Positions 28,357 to 37,373 of a stretch of 63,232 nucleotides of DNA are shown here, one piece after another. This DNA comes from Bacteroidota bacterium (GTDB taxonomy: Bacteria > Bacteroidota > Bacteroidia > AKYH767-A > OLB10): contig CANFIN010000004.1 of NCBI GenBank assembly GCA_947447155.1, forward strand, positions 1 through 63,232, in the 5' to 3' direction. How positions within the stretch are numbered: position 1 is the stretch's first letter; each line of letters begins with the position of its first letter. Position numbers and translations under genes: made by a program. The notes below the pieces were generated by a model that was not told the DNA's origin, did no database searches, and worked only from the letters and a program-made list of their open reading frames with translations.

Positions 28357-29271
28357 CTAATCATTATCCATTATTCGTTCCATGCCCATCATCTGACGCA
28401 TCGTTTTTTGCATGCCATCAGGAGAACCATCTAAGAATATTACATTTCCTTTTCCATACTCTGCGAAGTTCTTAATAGCTTCTGTCCACATTGAGAACAT
28501 AATCATCGATGTATCTAGATTAGCCTGTTGCATTTCACGAGCTGCATTCTGCATACCCTTCGCTACTTCTTCTCTAAACAAAGCCACTCCTTGTCCGCGT
28601 AATTGCGCTGCTTCGCGCTCTGCTTGCGCTGCAATTTTGATTGCGTTACCTTCTGCTTCTGCTGCTTTTGTTTTGGTGATTAATAAAGCTTGTCCTTCAT
28701 TTTCTGCAGCTGCTTTTAAATTGTTCGATGCAACTACTTTACTCATCGAAACCATTACCGCTTCATCAAATGTAATATCGTTAATCTGTAAATCCTGTAA
28801 GTGATAACCCCACTCTTCAATTACATTATCAATCTGCTCTTTTACGTGATCAACAATCTCGCGACGAAGTCCTAATACTTCCGATTGCTTTTTAGTTGCA
28901 ACAAATGCACGGATATTTCCTTCGATTGTTCTGATTAATGCTTGCATTAAATTTTTCTCATCAATGAATTTGAAAGCCACTTTTTTAATTGACTCTTCTT
29001 CGCTATCAATAACAGAAAATAAAATCATCGATTTAAAATAAACGTTCGCCTGATCAACAGTGACAGCTTGAAACTCCAATTCTACTGAACGATTTTGCGT
29101 TGATATTTTTTTGAAGACAGTTTCGACAAAAGGAATAATAAAACTTAATCCCGGTCGAATGACGCGCTGGTATTTTCCAAAGACTGTAATCACCGATACA
29201 TTTCCTTGCTGGACTGTTCTCAAGCCCATGAATAGAATCACTACGATTCCAATAATAATTGCTGTTGACAT
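28357..29271 (-). CDS. SPFH/Band 7 (stomatin/prohibitin-like) domain protein
   Basis: N-terminal TM, then VQQGNV.VI..FGKY....PGL.F..PF pattern and an Ala/Glu-rich coiled C-terminal part. Start at MSTAIIIG (29271) avoids overlapping gldD. Confidence 0.85.
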   Translation of the reverse strand: MSTAIIIGIVVILFMGLRTVQQGNVSVITVFGKYQRVIRPGLSFIIPFVETVFKKISTQNRSVELEFQAVTVDQANVYFKSMILFSVIDSEEESIKKVAFKFIDEKNLMQALIRTIEGNIRAFVATKKQSEVLGLRREIVDHVKEQIDNVIEEWGYHLQDLQINDITFDEAVMVSMSKVVASNNLKAAAENEGQALLITKTKAAEAEGNAIKIAAQAEREAAQLRGQGVALFREEVAKGMQNAAREMQQANLDTSMIMFSMWTEAIKNFAEYGKGNVIFLDGSPDGMQKTMRQMMGMERIMDND

Positions 29272-29288
29272 ATCTATAAAATTTAAAA

Positions 29289-29870
29289 TTAATTCCACTT
29301 AACTGTTTTTATCATTTGCATGATATCTTCCTTCGCATACTTTACTGAAGGTGCTATACTATCGGCATTGGGTGCCGCATTAAAATACAAAGCACCTCTA
29401 ATAAAATTTTTTGAACTATCAGTAACAAAAAACTGAATTGGCGATGCAGCATCTCCGCCTATTTCATAAAGAATACCACCAACATTATTATTTACTTTTA
29501 AAACACTTTCATTAATTGAACTTGCGCGTGATGTATGTTTATAGACTAGCGTACGAGTATCTTCAGCATACTTGTCAAAATCGCCATTCAATTTTTTATA
29601 AGTAATATAAATTTGTCCATTTAACTTAGGCATTACTATATAATACCAAAATGGCTCAGATAAACTATTCGTATCAGGAATCGCAACTGCAATTGTAGAA
29701 ATGTCGAATGAATACGGACTATTTGAAGGATTAAACTTCTTGTATGAATGCTTCGGAAAAGTAACCCGATAATATCCTTTGGGCTTTGGAACACCAATGT
29801 CGTCACTATCGCCACAAGAAACAAGTGCTAGTGCTAAAAAAACAAGTCCTACAATTTGTTTAAAATTCAT
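29289..29870 (-). CDS. gldD: Gliding motility lipoprotein GldD
   Basis: Lipoprotein signal (..LALALVSC), then PKPKGYYRVTFP..., which fits my recollection of GldD. CATCTTTG (a one-off -7 box) lies 4 nt before the ATG at 29870. Confidence 0.72.
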   Translation of the reverse strand: MNFKQIVGLVFLALALVSCGDSDDIGVPKPKGYYRVTFPKHSYKKFNPSNSPYSFDISTIAVAIPDTNSLSEPFWYYIVMPKLNGQIYITYKKLNGDFDKYAEDTRTLVYKHTSRASSINESVLKVNNNVGGILYEIGGDAASPIQFFVTDSSKNFIRGALYFNAAPNADSIAPSVKYAKEDIMQMIKTVKWN

Positions 29871-29895
29871 GTCGCAAAGATGCAAAAAGTACTCA

Positions 29896-29922
29896 ACAAA
29901 AAAGGCATCCGAAGACGCCTTA
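29896..29922 (-). terminator. Intrinsic terminator after ssb
   Basis: On the minus strand AAGGCGTC-TTCG-GATGCCTT forms an 8-bp stem with one G-U and a UUCG loop. Followed by TTTTGTTG. Confidence 0.7.
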
Positions 29923-29930
29923 ATTAATAT

Positions 29931-30347
29931 TTAAAATGGTTCTGAGGATCCTTGGTCATTTGTTGGAGGATCTTCCATGCCATTATCTGTATCATTATTG
30001 TGATTAGGCTCATTTTCTCGCTTGCTTAACATCGTCATGTTTTCAGCGACTACTTCAGTAGCATATTTTTTTACTCCATCTTTTTCCCAGCTTCGCGTAC
30101 GCAATTTGCCTTCAATAAAAATCATGTGCCCCTTGCGCAACTTCAACTTCTCTGCTGCTTCTGCAAGTCCGCGCCATAAAACAATGTTATGCCATTCGGT
30201 TTGATCCTGGCGCTGTCCCTCTTTATTCTTAAAATATTCGGTGGTTGCTAATGGAAATTTTGCTACCATGATACCACCTTCCATGTGTCTGAACTCAGGA
30301 TCTTTTCCTAAGTTTCCGATTAAAAATACTTTGTTTACTCCCGACAT
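29931..30347 (-). CDS. ssb: Single-stranded DNA-binding protein
   Basis: 138 aa with an OB fold (VNKVFLIGNLGKDPE...) and an acidic disordered tail ending ..SSEPF. Confidence 0.93.
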   Translation of the reverse strand: MSGVNKVFLIGNLGKDPEFRHMEGGIMVAKFPLATTEYFKNKEGQRQDQTEWHNIVLWRGLAEAAEKLKLRKGHMIFIEGKLRTRSWEKDGVKKYATEVVAENMTMLSKRENEPNHNNDTDNGMEDPPTNDQGSSEPF

Positions 30348-30483
30348 AATATTATTAGTTTGATGAATTTCTAAGTTACTATGTTCGGCTTGGCTGTGTA
30401 TAGCAAATATAATTAATTTGATATGATATCAAAATGTAAAGCAACAAGTATTATAAAATATTGCAAAAAAGTTTAAAACACCA

Positions 30484-31536
30484 TTAATTATTATGGCTTT
30501 CGAGATATTTTACTATCAATTGAGGCATTCCAAAATCATCAATCTTTTGCCAAGGTACTCTTATAAGTGCATTATTACTAATTTGCAAAAGGTCATCTGT
30601 TTTTATCCACCAAAACTTTGCATATAATACTTGGTGCGAGAGAATATGTTTTACAACATGACTATTCTTAACGAGCTGCGCATTATCAATTTCCAAGTAA
30701 TTACCAAGGTCTGGAATAATTAAATCCCACTCAGCTTTATTCATAGAGTCAGATTCGATGAGAGGGAATTGATAAAGGCCTTGCCAAATATCCTTATCAC
30801 TTCTTCTTTCTATTAATACATGAGTTTCATCCGTAAAAATTAGAAAATCGAAAAATCGGTTACGCGTTTTGGTTTTCTTAGCTTTATAGGGATAATTCTG
30901 AATGCTTTTACTTTTTAATGCAACACAATAATCTAAAAATGGGCAATTATTACATATTGGATTAGCGGGTTTACAATTCATAGCCCCAAACTCCATCATT
31001 GCCTGATTAAACAAGCCAGGCTGATTTTTATCTAACAGCTCATTTGCTAAAATGGTAAACTCTTTTTTACCTTGCGATGAATCAATAGCAGTATCAATCC
31101 CAAACAAACGCGATAAAAAGCGATAAACATTACCATCTACAACAGCATGGGGTAAATTAAAAGCAATAGAACCAATAGCAGCGGCGGTATAATCACCTAC
31201 TCCCTTCAAGGCCTTGATTTGCTCATATTCTTTTGGAAAAACACCTTGGTAATTATCTCTGATTGATTGGGCTGCGGCTTGTAAATTCCTTGCTCTGGAA
31301 TAATATCCGAGCCCTTGCCACAATCGAAGAACTTCCTTTTCATCAGCATTGGCAAGATCTATAACTGAGGGAAAAGCATCCATGAACTTATACCAATAAG
31401 GCATACCTTGTTCAACACGAGTTTGTTGCAAAATCACTTCAGAAAGCCAGATTGAATAAGGGTTTCGGGTGCGCCTCCAGGGTAAATCCCGGTGATTATC
31501 CCGGTACCAATTCATTAAAATTCGACTGAAGTCCAT
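30484..31536 (-). CDS. mutY: A/G-specific adenine DNA glycosylase
   Basis: 350 aa with an HhH-GPD domain, a Cys cluster (CKPANPICNNCPFLDYC) and a NUDIX-like C-terminal domain. Confidence 0.93.
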   Translation of the reverse strand: MDFSRILMNWYRDNHRDLPWRRTRNPYSIWLSEVILQQTRVEQGMPYWYKFMDAFPSVIDLANADEKEVLRLWQGLGYYSRARNLQAAAQSIRDNYQGVFPKEYEQIKALKGVGDYTAAAIGSIAFNLPHAVVDGNVYRFLSRLFGIDTAIDSSQGKKEFTILANELLDKNQPGLFNQAMMEFGAMNCKPANPICNNCPFLDYCVALKSKSIQNYPYKAKKTKTRNRFFDFLIFTDETHVLIERRSDKDIWQGLYQFPLIESDSMNKAEWDLIIPDLGNYLEIDNAQLVKNSHVVKHILSHQVLYAKFWWIKTDDLLQISNNALIRVPWQKIDDFGMPQLIVKYLESHNN

Positions 31537-31556
31537 TATTTGAGTTGTAAGGGGCT

Positions 31557-31564
31557 CAAAAATA
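31557..31564 (-). promoter_or_regulatory. Candidate -7 box TATTTTTG for mutY (20 nt before the ATG)
   Basis: Exact TAnnTTTG on the minus strand, immediately followed by AGCCCCTTA. Confidence 0.4.
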
Positions 31565-31598
31565 AAGAATTAATATTTTGTATTTCAATCAGAAAGCC

Positions 31599-31606
31599 TA
31601 TCTTTG
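31599..31606 (+). promoter_or_regulatory. Candidate -7 box TATCTTTG for the HU gene (42 nt before the ATG), with TTTG at 31577-31580 as a possible -33
   Basis: Exact TAnnTTTG with an 18-nt spacer from the upstream TTTG. Followed by c-AGCCCCTTA. Confidence 0.45.
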
Positions 31607-31648
31607 CAGCCCCTTATCAGTTATTAACAAATTAAACATATTGTCATT

Positions 31649-31948
31649 ATGACTAAAGCAGAATTAGTAAACGAAATTTCAACAAAAACAGGAATTGAAA
31701 AAGTTGCGGTTCAACAAACAATTGAATCAATGATGAAAGTAGTGCGCAACTCATTAATTAACGATGAAAATGTATACTTAAGAGGATTTGGTAGTTTTAT
31801 CGTTAAGAAACGTGCAAAAAAGACGGGGCGTATTATTACTAAAAATGCAACGATTATCATTCCTGAGCATTATATCCCGGCTTTCAAGCCAGCTAAAACT
31901 TTCACAGAGCGAGTAAAAACTGCACACGTGAAAAAAACAGAAGGATAA
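31649..31948 (+). CDS. hup: HU-family DNA-binding protein
   Basis: 99 aa with ..MTKAELV..I......K..V...I......V...L......V.LRGFGSF..K.RA. Confidence 0.9.
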   Translation: MTKAELVNEISTKTGIEKVAVQQTIESMMKVVRNSLINDENVYLRGFGSFIVKKRAKKTGRIITKNATIIIPEHYIPAFKPAKTFTERVKTAHVKKTEG

Positions 31949-31951
31949 TAA

Positions 31952-32794
31952 ATGAAAGCAAAACATTTGCAATTATTAATTGTAGGAGCGGCATTAATTA
32001 TTTCTGGAATCATTTACACCATGCCATCGCAGGTGAATATCAAGTCAGAAAATAATGATGACACCAACAAAGAAAAAGCAAATGGTTTCAGTGATGAGCA
32101 GGTACTAACTCAGGCAAAATCACTACTGGACAGTAACCAGATAAAAAAACTAACGTTCTTTGAATCAGCACTAAAAAATAATGGTGAAAAAGACACTGCC
32201 CTCTTTGATCAACTAGGTCGATTCTGGGATCAGGCTGGTGTACCCGCAGCATCTGCCATTTGGTTTGAAAAAAAATCTATGATTTTAAAATCAGAACAAG
32301 GGTATCTTGATGCAGCATATCGTTATTTTGATGCATTTAAGTCGACTGAAGATTCAGTATTCAAAAACATGATGGTTGCTAAAGCAATGGCCAACTATCA
32401 ATTAGTTTTAGATTTGAATCCATCGAATTTAAATGCAAAAACAGACTTAGGTGTTTGTTATGCAGAAGGCAGTTCAGAGCCAATGAAAGGAATTTTATTG
32501 CTTCGTGAAGTTGTAACTGTAGACCCTAATCATGAAATGGCGCAATTTAACCTGGCTATGCTTTCGGTTAAATCGGGGCAGCTTGATAAAGCCATTGATA
32601 GATTAAACACCGTGCTAAAAATTAATCCGAAGAGAATAGATGTCTATTTTTACCTAGGACAAGTTTATGCATCTAAGGGTGATAAAGCAAAAGCCATTGA
32701 AAACCTCAAAAGTTTCGTAAAGAAAACGGATGATCCAAATGCTGCTGCTGAAGTAAAAAAAATGATTACAGAGCTTGAAAAGAGCCCTGCTTAA
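31952..32794 (+). CDS. Tetratricopeptide-repeat protein with an N-terminal membrane anchor
   Basis: 280 aa with a TM helix, then several TPR-like A..Y..VL..NP.N..A....G repeats. Confidence 0.75.
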   Translation: MKAKHLQLLIVGAALIISGIIYTMPSQVNIKSENNDDTNKEKANGFSDEQVLTQAKSLLDSNQIKKLTFFESALKNNGEKDTALFDQLGRFWDQAGVPAASAIWFEKKSMILKSEQGYLDAAYRYFDAFKSTEDSVFKNMMVAKAMANYQLVLDLNPSNLNAKTDLGVCYAEGSSEPMKGILLLREVVTVDPNHEMAQFNLAMLSVKSGQLDKAIDRLNTVLKINPKRIDVYFYLGQVYASKGDKAKAIENLKSFVKKTDDPNAAAEVKKMITELEKSPA

Positions 32795-32837
32795 AAATGA
32801 ATAAGTTATATTTCTAACCGAATAAAAAAATATTATT

Positions 32838-32930
32838 ATGCCTTCAGGTAAAAAACGTAAGCGCCATAAAATGGCAACCCACAAACGTAAAAAGCGTCTT
32901 AGAAAAAATCGTCATAAGAAGAAGAAATAA
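32838..32930 (+). CDS. 30-aa highly basic micro-protein, bS22 / mS38 (AURKAIP1-COX24)-like ribosomal protein candidate
   Basis: ATG..TAA encodes MPSGKKRKRHKMATHKRKKRLRKNRHKKKK. Below the ORF-track cut-off. Followed by a small hairpin and a T7 run. Confidence 0.6.
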   Translation: MPSGKKRKRHKMATHKRKKRLRKNRHKKKK

Positions 32931-32950
32931 TCTGTCAGACAGGTTTTTTT
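32931..32950 (+). terminator. Weak terminator after the micro-ORF
   Basis: CTGT-CAG-ACAG mini-hairpin, then GTTTTTTT. Confidence 0.3.
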
Positions 32951-33070
32951 AACTAACAGATTACGCTCTAATTTTTTTAGGGCTTTTCTGCTTTGTATAA
33001 CTATTTAGTTTCATTTTAGTGAGACTCGATAGTTATGCGTTTATACTAAATTTTAATAAGCTTTTTCTGA

Positions 33071-34633
33071 TTGAACAGTGAATTAATTATTGATTCATCT
33101 TTAACTGAAGTAACAATTGCTTTAGTTGAGGAAAAGCGTCTCGTAGAGCTCAACAAAGAGAAAAAAGAAAATAATTTTTCTGTTGCTGATATCTATTTGG
33201 GACGCGTTAAGAAGCTAATGCCTTCTTTGAACGCTGCATTTGTTGACATTGGCTATGAAAAAGATGCATTTCTTCATTATTTAGACCTTGGTCCTCAAGT
33301 ACAATCGCTTTTAAAATTTCTTAAAAGTACCGTAAATGGTAGCCAGCCGCAATCTCTTTTAAATGATTTTGAATTAGAAGGAGACATTAATAAAGCTGGT
33401 AAAATCGGACAGATGCTATCGCCTAATATGAACATCATTGTTCAAATTGCGAAAGAACCGATTTCAACAAAAGGGCCTCGGATTACTTCAGAAATTTCTC
33501 TTGCAGGAAGGTTTGTTGTATTGGTGCCTTTTTCGGATGTTGTTTCAATATCTCAAAAAATTAAAAGTAGCACCGAACGCCAGCGTTTAAAACGCTTAGC
33601 AATGTCGATTAAGCCGCGCAACTTTGGGATTATTGTTAGAACAGTTGCGGAAGGCAAAAAAGTAGCTGATTTAGATGCAGATATTCAAGACCTGTGTGCT
33701 CGATGGCAATCGATGCATGAACAATTAAAAACAGTGCATGCTCCAGTAAAAATTCTGGGTGAAATGAATAGAACTTCAACTATTCTGCGCGACTTATTAA
33801 ATCCGAACTTTAATAGCATTCAGGTTAACGATGCTCCTCTTGCAGAAGAAATAAAAAGTTACATCCGTAGCATCGCACCCGACCAAGTAGATATTGTAAA
33901 ACTCTATAAAGGCAAGGTTCCAATTTTTGAAAACTTTGGAGTTGACAAACAAATAAAAGGACTATTTGGTAAAACAGTAACGCTTAGTGGCGGCTCTTAT
34001 TTAGTAATTGAACATACCGAAGCATTACATGTAATTGACGTGAATTCGGGTGGAAGAAATAAGGGTGCTCAAGACAATCAAGAATCGAGTGCATTATCAG
34101 TGAACATTGCTGCAGCAAAAGAAATTGCTCGTCAGCTGCGACTACGAGACATGGGTGGTATTGTCGTAATCGATTTTATCGATATGAAAAACACTCTTCA
34201 TCGTAAAGAGCTGTTTGATACCTTACGTGATGAAATGAAATTGGATCGAGCTAGGCATACAATTCTTCCAGCAAGTAAATTCGGATTGATTCAGTTAACG
34301 CGTGAACGTGTGCGACCTGTAACTAATATTATCACCGTAGAAAAATGTCCTACTTGCGATGGTACTGGAGAAATAAAAGCTTCTATTCTACTTATTGACG
34401 ATATTGAAAATAATATACGTTACTTATGTCAGGAACAGAATGAGAAATCACTTACGCTACACGTACATCCATACCTGGCAGCTTATTTAAAGCAAGACAA
34501 ATACACTTTCAAATCTTATCAGTGGAAGTGGTTTAAGAAATATAAAAAGTGGATTGCTATTGATCCGATTTCAGCACTTCATTTTATGGAATACCATTTT
34601 TATAATAATCAAGGCGAAGAGATAAAACTCTAG
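33071..34633 (+). CDS. rng: Ribonuclease E/G family (RNase G-like)
   Basis: 520 aa with an S1 domain (..IYLGRVKKLMPSLNAAFVDIG) and a catalytic core (..IDVNSGG.., ..GGIVVIDFIDM..). TTG start as given by the track. Confidence 0.9.
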   Translation: MNSELIIDSSLTEVTIALVEEKRLVELNKEKKENNFSVADIYLGRVKKLMPSLNAAFVDIGYEKDAFLHYLDLGPQVQSLLKFLKSTVNGSQPQSLLNDFELEGDINKAGKIGQMLSPNMNIIVQIAKEPISTKGPRITSEISLAGRFVVLVPFSDVVSISQKIKSSTERQRLKRLAMSIKPRNFGIIVRTVAEGKKVADLDADIQDLCARWQSMHEQLKTVHAPVKILGEMNRTSTILRDLLNPNFNSIQVNDAPLAEEIKSYIRSIAPDQVDIVKLYKGKVPIFENFGVDKQIKGLFGKTVTLSGGSYLVIEHTEALHVIDVNSGGRNKGAQDNQESSALSVNIAAAKEIARQLRLRDMGGIVVIDFIDMKNTLHRKELFDTLRDEMKLDRARHTILPASKFGLIQLTRERVRPVTNIITVEKCPTCDGTGEIKASILLIDDIENNIRYLCQEQNEKSLTLHVHPYLAAYLKQDKYTFKSYQWKWFKKYKKWIAIDPISALHFMEYHFYNNQGEEIKL

Positions 34634-37230
34634 CGCTTGCCCTCTGCAACAACCAGTGGTAATCGGATATTTTCAACAACTCCATTTTCACTGATAAGCT
34701 GAGCAATCAAAATATAAATTCCAGATGATACAATCTGATTTTTGTTGTCGGTACCATCCCAAATCATTTTTTCATTTGTCCCAATTAAATCGGCATTGAT
34801 CAGATTGCGTACTACAGTACCATTATAATTTGCAATTTGTAATGAACCCCACATGCCGGAACTTTCATTGCTGATTTCTATTTGCATATTATCTTCAAAA
34901 CCATCTGCATCAGGAGAAATTATCGAAGGATTAATCGATATAAATTTCGACTGCAGCAATGCATTTATAGCTTGTGAGTTTTTTTCTGTAGGGGTTGAAC
35001 AGCCACTTAAACAGCTTGCACTTTTCCAATTATCTGAATTACCAGTTGCAGCAGAAAAAGATACACGCTCCAAAGAAACTCCTTCTACATCTAACAATAA
35101 TTGTGAATGTTGCTTTTCGGAATAATAAAATTCATCCAATATAATAGAATTCGCATCTAACAAAACGAGTCTCCCTTCATCATCATTCATTGGTGGGATA
35201 GAATAATTGATAGTGGATTGTTTTTTTATTTTAGGATAACATTGTTTCACATCAAACTCCTCATTGATTAGCACACAATATGCATGAGGCATTATTGTTA
35301 AATCCTTGGATGTAATCTTTCCATTATATTCAACTTGATTCGTAAGCAAATTTCTTCTGCTGCAACATAAATTTTTTAATGAAATTATTTTATCAGATTC
35401 ATTATAAACTTCTATAAAATCGCCGCAATTTATCGTAGGATTAAATAGCACTTCATTAAAAATCAAATCTCCTTTTACTGGATTTACCCCTACTCCAAAA
35501 TTATATTCGAAATCACCTAGTAACAAATTACCATTGCAATCAAAAATTGAGTTTGTAATTTTCAATTTATGTTTTTCATTAGTAAGAAAGCTTAGATTGG
35601 ATTTTAGAATTACCTGATTAGTGAAAGTTTTTTCTAACCAAATAGTATCAGGTAAAATCGAATTATCAATAACAAAATCATTCACATTAAAATTAGTAGT
35701 ATTAATTTCTTCGGTGAAAACAATTGATAAATGATTACTATCTACAACATATATCGAACGAATTTCAGGAAGTTCGTTATCAACCACTAAATCGTTATTG
35801 CAATTTAGCAAACCAGGACTTCCACCTCGAGCGTCACAGGAAGCCCTCCAGTTTTTAGTGTTAGCACATAAATAATCAGGCTGTATTTTTTCAATTGACC
35901 AGCCGCCTTGATTTTTAAAACCATCATTATAAAATGAGTTATTATAATTAACCTCATCAATAATTTTTGAAGAGTCCTTTATCTGGATTAAATCCCCATC
36001 ATTATTCAATGTTGGAAAATTAGTGATTGCACTAGCATTTATTCCAGATGACTGCAAAAGTGATTTTCCTGTTGACGAAGAATACACTTTATATTCATGG
36101 GGGCAGATTGTATCATCTCCTAAAACGCCAGTTGTAGAAAAATCAGTTATGAATAAATTATTAGTAGCAATAAACTTATTCGAATTATTAAAAACTTCAA
36201 TATATTCTGCATTTGGAAGATTATTTGCTCCTAATGGATTACACATGATTTCATTAATTACTAGATCACCAGGAAGAGCATATTCACATTTTATAAAAGT
36301 CAAACTGATTGTGATGGTGTCTGATAAATTAAAAAATAAATCTGCTACATTAATTAATTTCAGCTGAATAACTTCTCCAATATTTACATGATGATGAAGT
36401 ATAAATTCAAACATAGATGAATCAGAATTAGCAAAAACTGAATCAACGCTATTAGTAGCGGAAATTAACTGCAGATGATTGCTTGGTGTAAAACCAGAGG
36501 TTGATTCATTAAATCCAATTTTAAATATTGAATCATTGATAAATGCAGCATCAACAACAGATGGAGGAATTGAATCCTTTATGAGAGGGCCTGCATAAAT
36601 ATTATCGAGATAAAATGATGTTGCATTAGAAATAGTATAAGTACAACGCCATCCTAAATAGCCTTGATATAAATTAAAATTATCTGTTGCAGAAAACTCA
36701 AATTGACAATTATTTCCTCCAGTATAATCAGTATAAATTTCGAATAATCCAGAAGGATAATAGATCACTTTAATTGTAACACCAAAGGCAGATGCTATTT
36801 TTCCACTAAATCCTTTGCCAATTAAAACAGAATTAGTTCCTGATTGCTTATATAACGAGATTGCATCATTACTTCCTGACTCACCAAACTGAAGAAAATA
36901 ACCATTCAATGAAGAGCTAAAACTTGACTGGTCTGCTATCAAATAAAATCGAGAATAGTTTTGTGATGAAGGAGAAAATGATTGTTCAATATATAAGTCC
37001 CACTCAATTGTATCAATTCCTATTACACTTAATGCAGTTGTAATCCCTGATGAAGATGCAATTGAAGAATTAAGTTGTAATTGCTTTTGAGTATTAATTT
37101 TAAATGCTGTAGAGTCTCCAGCCCAAGTTGGATTACTATTAAAATTACCATCCGAAAAATCGTCTGCTAATTGTGCAAATGAAAATTGAAAGCATAGGAT
37201 ACAAACAAAAAATATTATAGACTGCCTCAT
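34630..37230 (-). CDS. Large secreted protein with two lamin-tail (LTD) domains and a C-terminal Ig-like / sorting-type domain
   Basis: Signal peptide MRQSIIFFVCILCFQFSFAQ. Two LTD-like segments (LVINEIMCNP...EYIEVFN and LIFNEVLFNP...DFIEVYN). C-terminal ..ISPDADGFEDN...WDGTD...SGIY.. module. Confidence 0.7.
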   Translation of the reverse strand: MRQSIIFFVCILCFQFSFAQLADDFSDGNFNSNPTWAGDSTAFKINTQKQLQLNSSIASSSGITTALSVIGIDTIEWDLYIEQSFSPSSQNYSRFYLIADQSSFSSSLNGYFLQFGESGSNDAISLYKQSGTNSVLIGKGFSGKIASAFGVTIKVIYYPSGLFEIYTDYTGGNNCQFEFSATDNFNLYQGYLGWRCTYTISNATSFYLDNIYAGPLIKDSIPPSVVDAAFINDSIFKIGFNESTSGFTPSNHLQLISATNSVDSVFANSDSSMFEFILHHHVNIGEVIQLKLINVADLFFNLSDTITISLTFIKCEYALPGDLVINEIMCNPLGANNLPNAEYIEVFNNSNKFIATNNLFITDFSTTGVLGDDTICPHEYKVYSSSTGKSLLQSSGINASAITNFPTLNNDGDLIQIKDSSKIIDEVNYNNSFYNDGFKNQGGWSIEKIQPDYLCANTKNWRASCDARGGSPGLLNCNNDLVVDNELPEIRSIYVVDSNHLSIVFTEEINTTNFNVNDFVIDNSILPDTIWLEKTFTNQVILKSNLSFLTNEKHKLKITNSIFDCNGNLLLGDFEYNFGVGVNPVKGDLIFNEVLFNPTINCGDFIEVYNESDKIISLKNLCCSRRNLLTNQVEYNGKITSKDLTIMPHAYCVLINEEFDVKQCYPKIKKQSTINYSIPPMNDDEGRLVLLDANSIILDEFYYSEKQHSQLLLDVEGVSLERVSFSAATGNSDNWKSASCLSGCSTPTEKNSQAINALLQSKFISINPSIISPDADGFEDNMQIEISNESSGMWGSLQIANYNGTVVRNLINADLIGTNEKMIWDGTDNKNQIVSSGIYILIAQLISENGVVENIRLPLVVAEGKR

Positions 37231-37241
37231 GTTTTTTTGCG

Positions 37242-37249
37242 CAAAGCTA
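37242..37249 (-). promoter_or_regulatory. Candidate -7 box TAGCTTTG, 11 nt before the ATG at 37230
   Basis: Exact TAnnTTTG on the minus strand. Confidence 0.35.
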
Positions 37250-37373
37250 TATGCATGACGCCCGAATTACCCCATAACAAACATTTACAAACGATTAATT
37301 TCAAATTAAGTGTCATTAGTTACATGCTCATTTTTATAAATTCATATCTTCGCTTGCGTTACCGAAGAAAATA

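Noticed and set aside
37283-37298. Recurring 16-mer ATTTACAAACGATTAA at 37283-37298 and 53707-53722, with a one-mismatch copy at 20454-20469, as a dispersed regulatory motif or extra copies of the trpS-upstream module
   Set aside because: All three copies are intergenic. The 37283 copy is followed by TTCAAATTAAGT, which also occurs in the 96-nt blocks. The 53707 copy is preceded by ATCTTAAATATTT, also from the blocks. This is suggestive. However, my rough estimate for about 65% AT DNA is that several exact 16-mers shared between two sites are expected by chance in a 63-kb window on both strands. I therefore do not count it as evidence without a genome-wide search.
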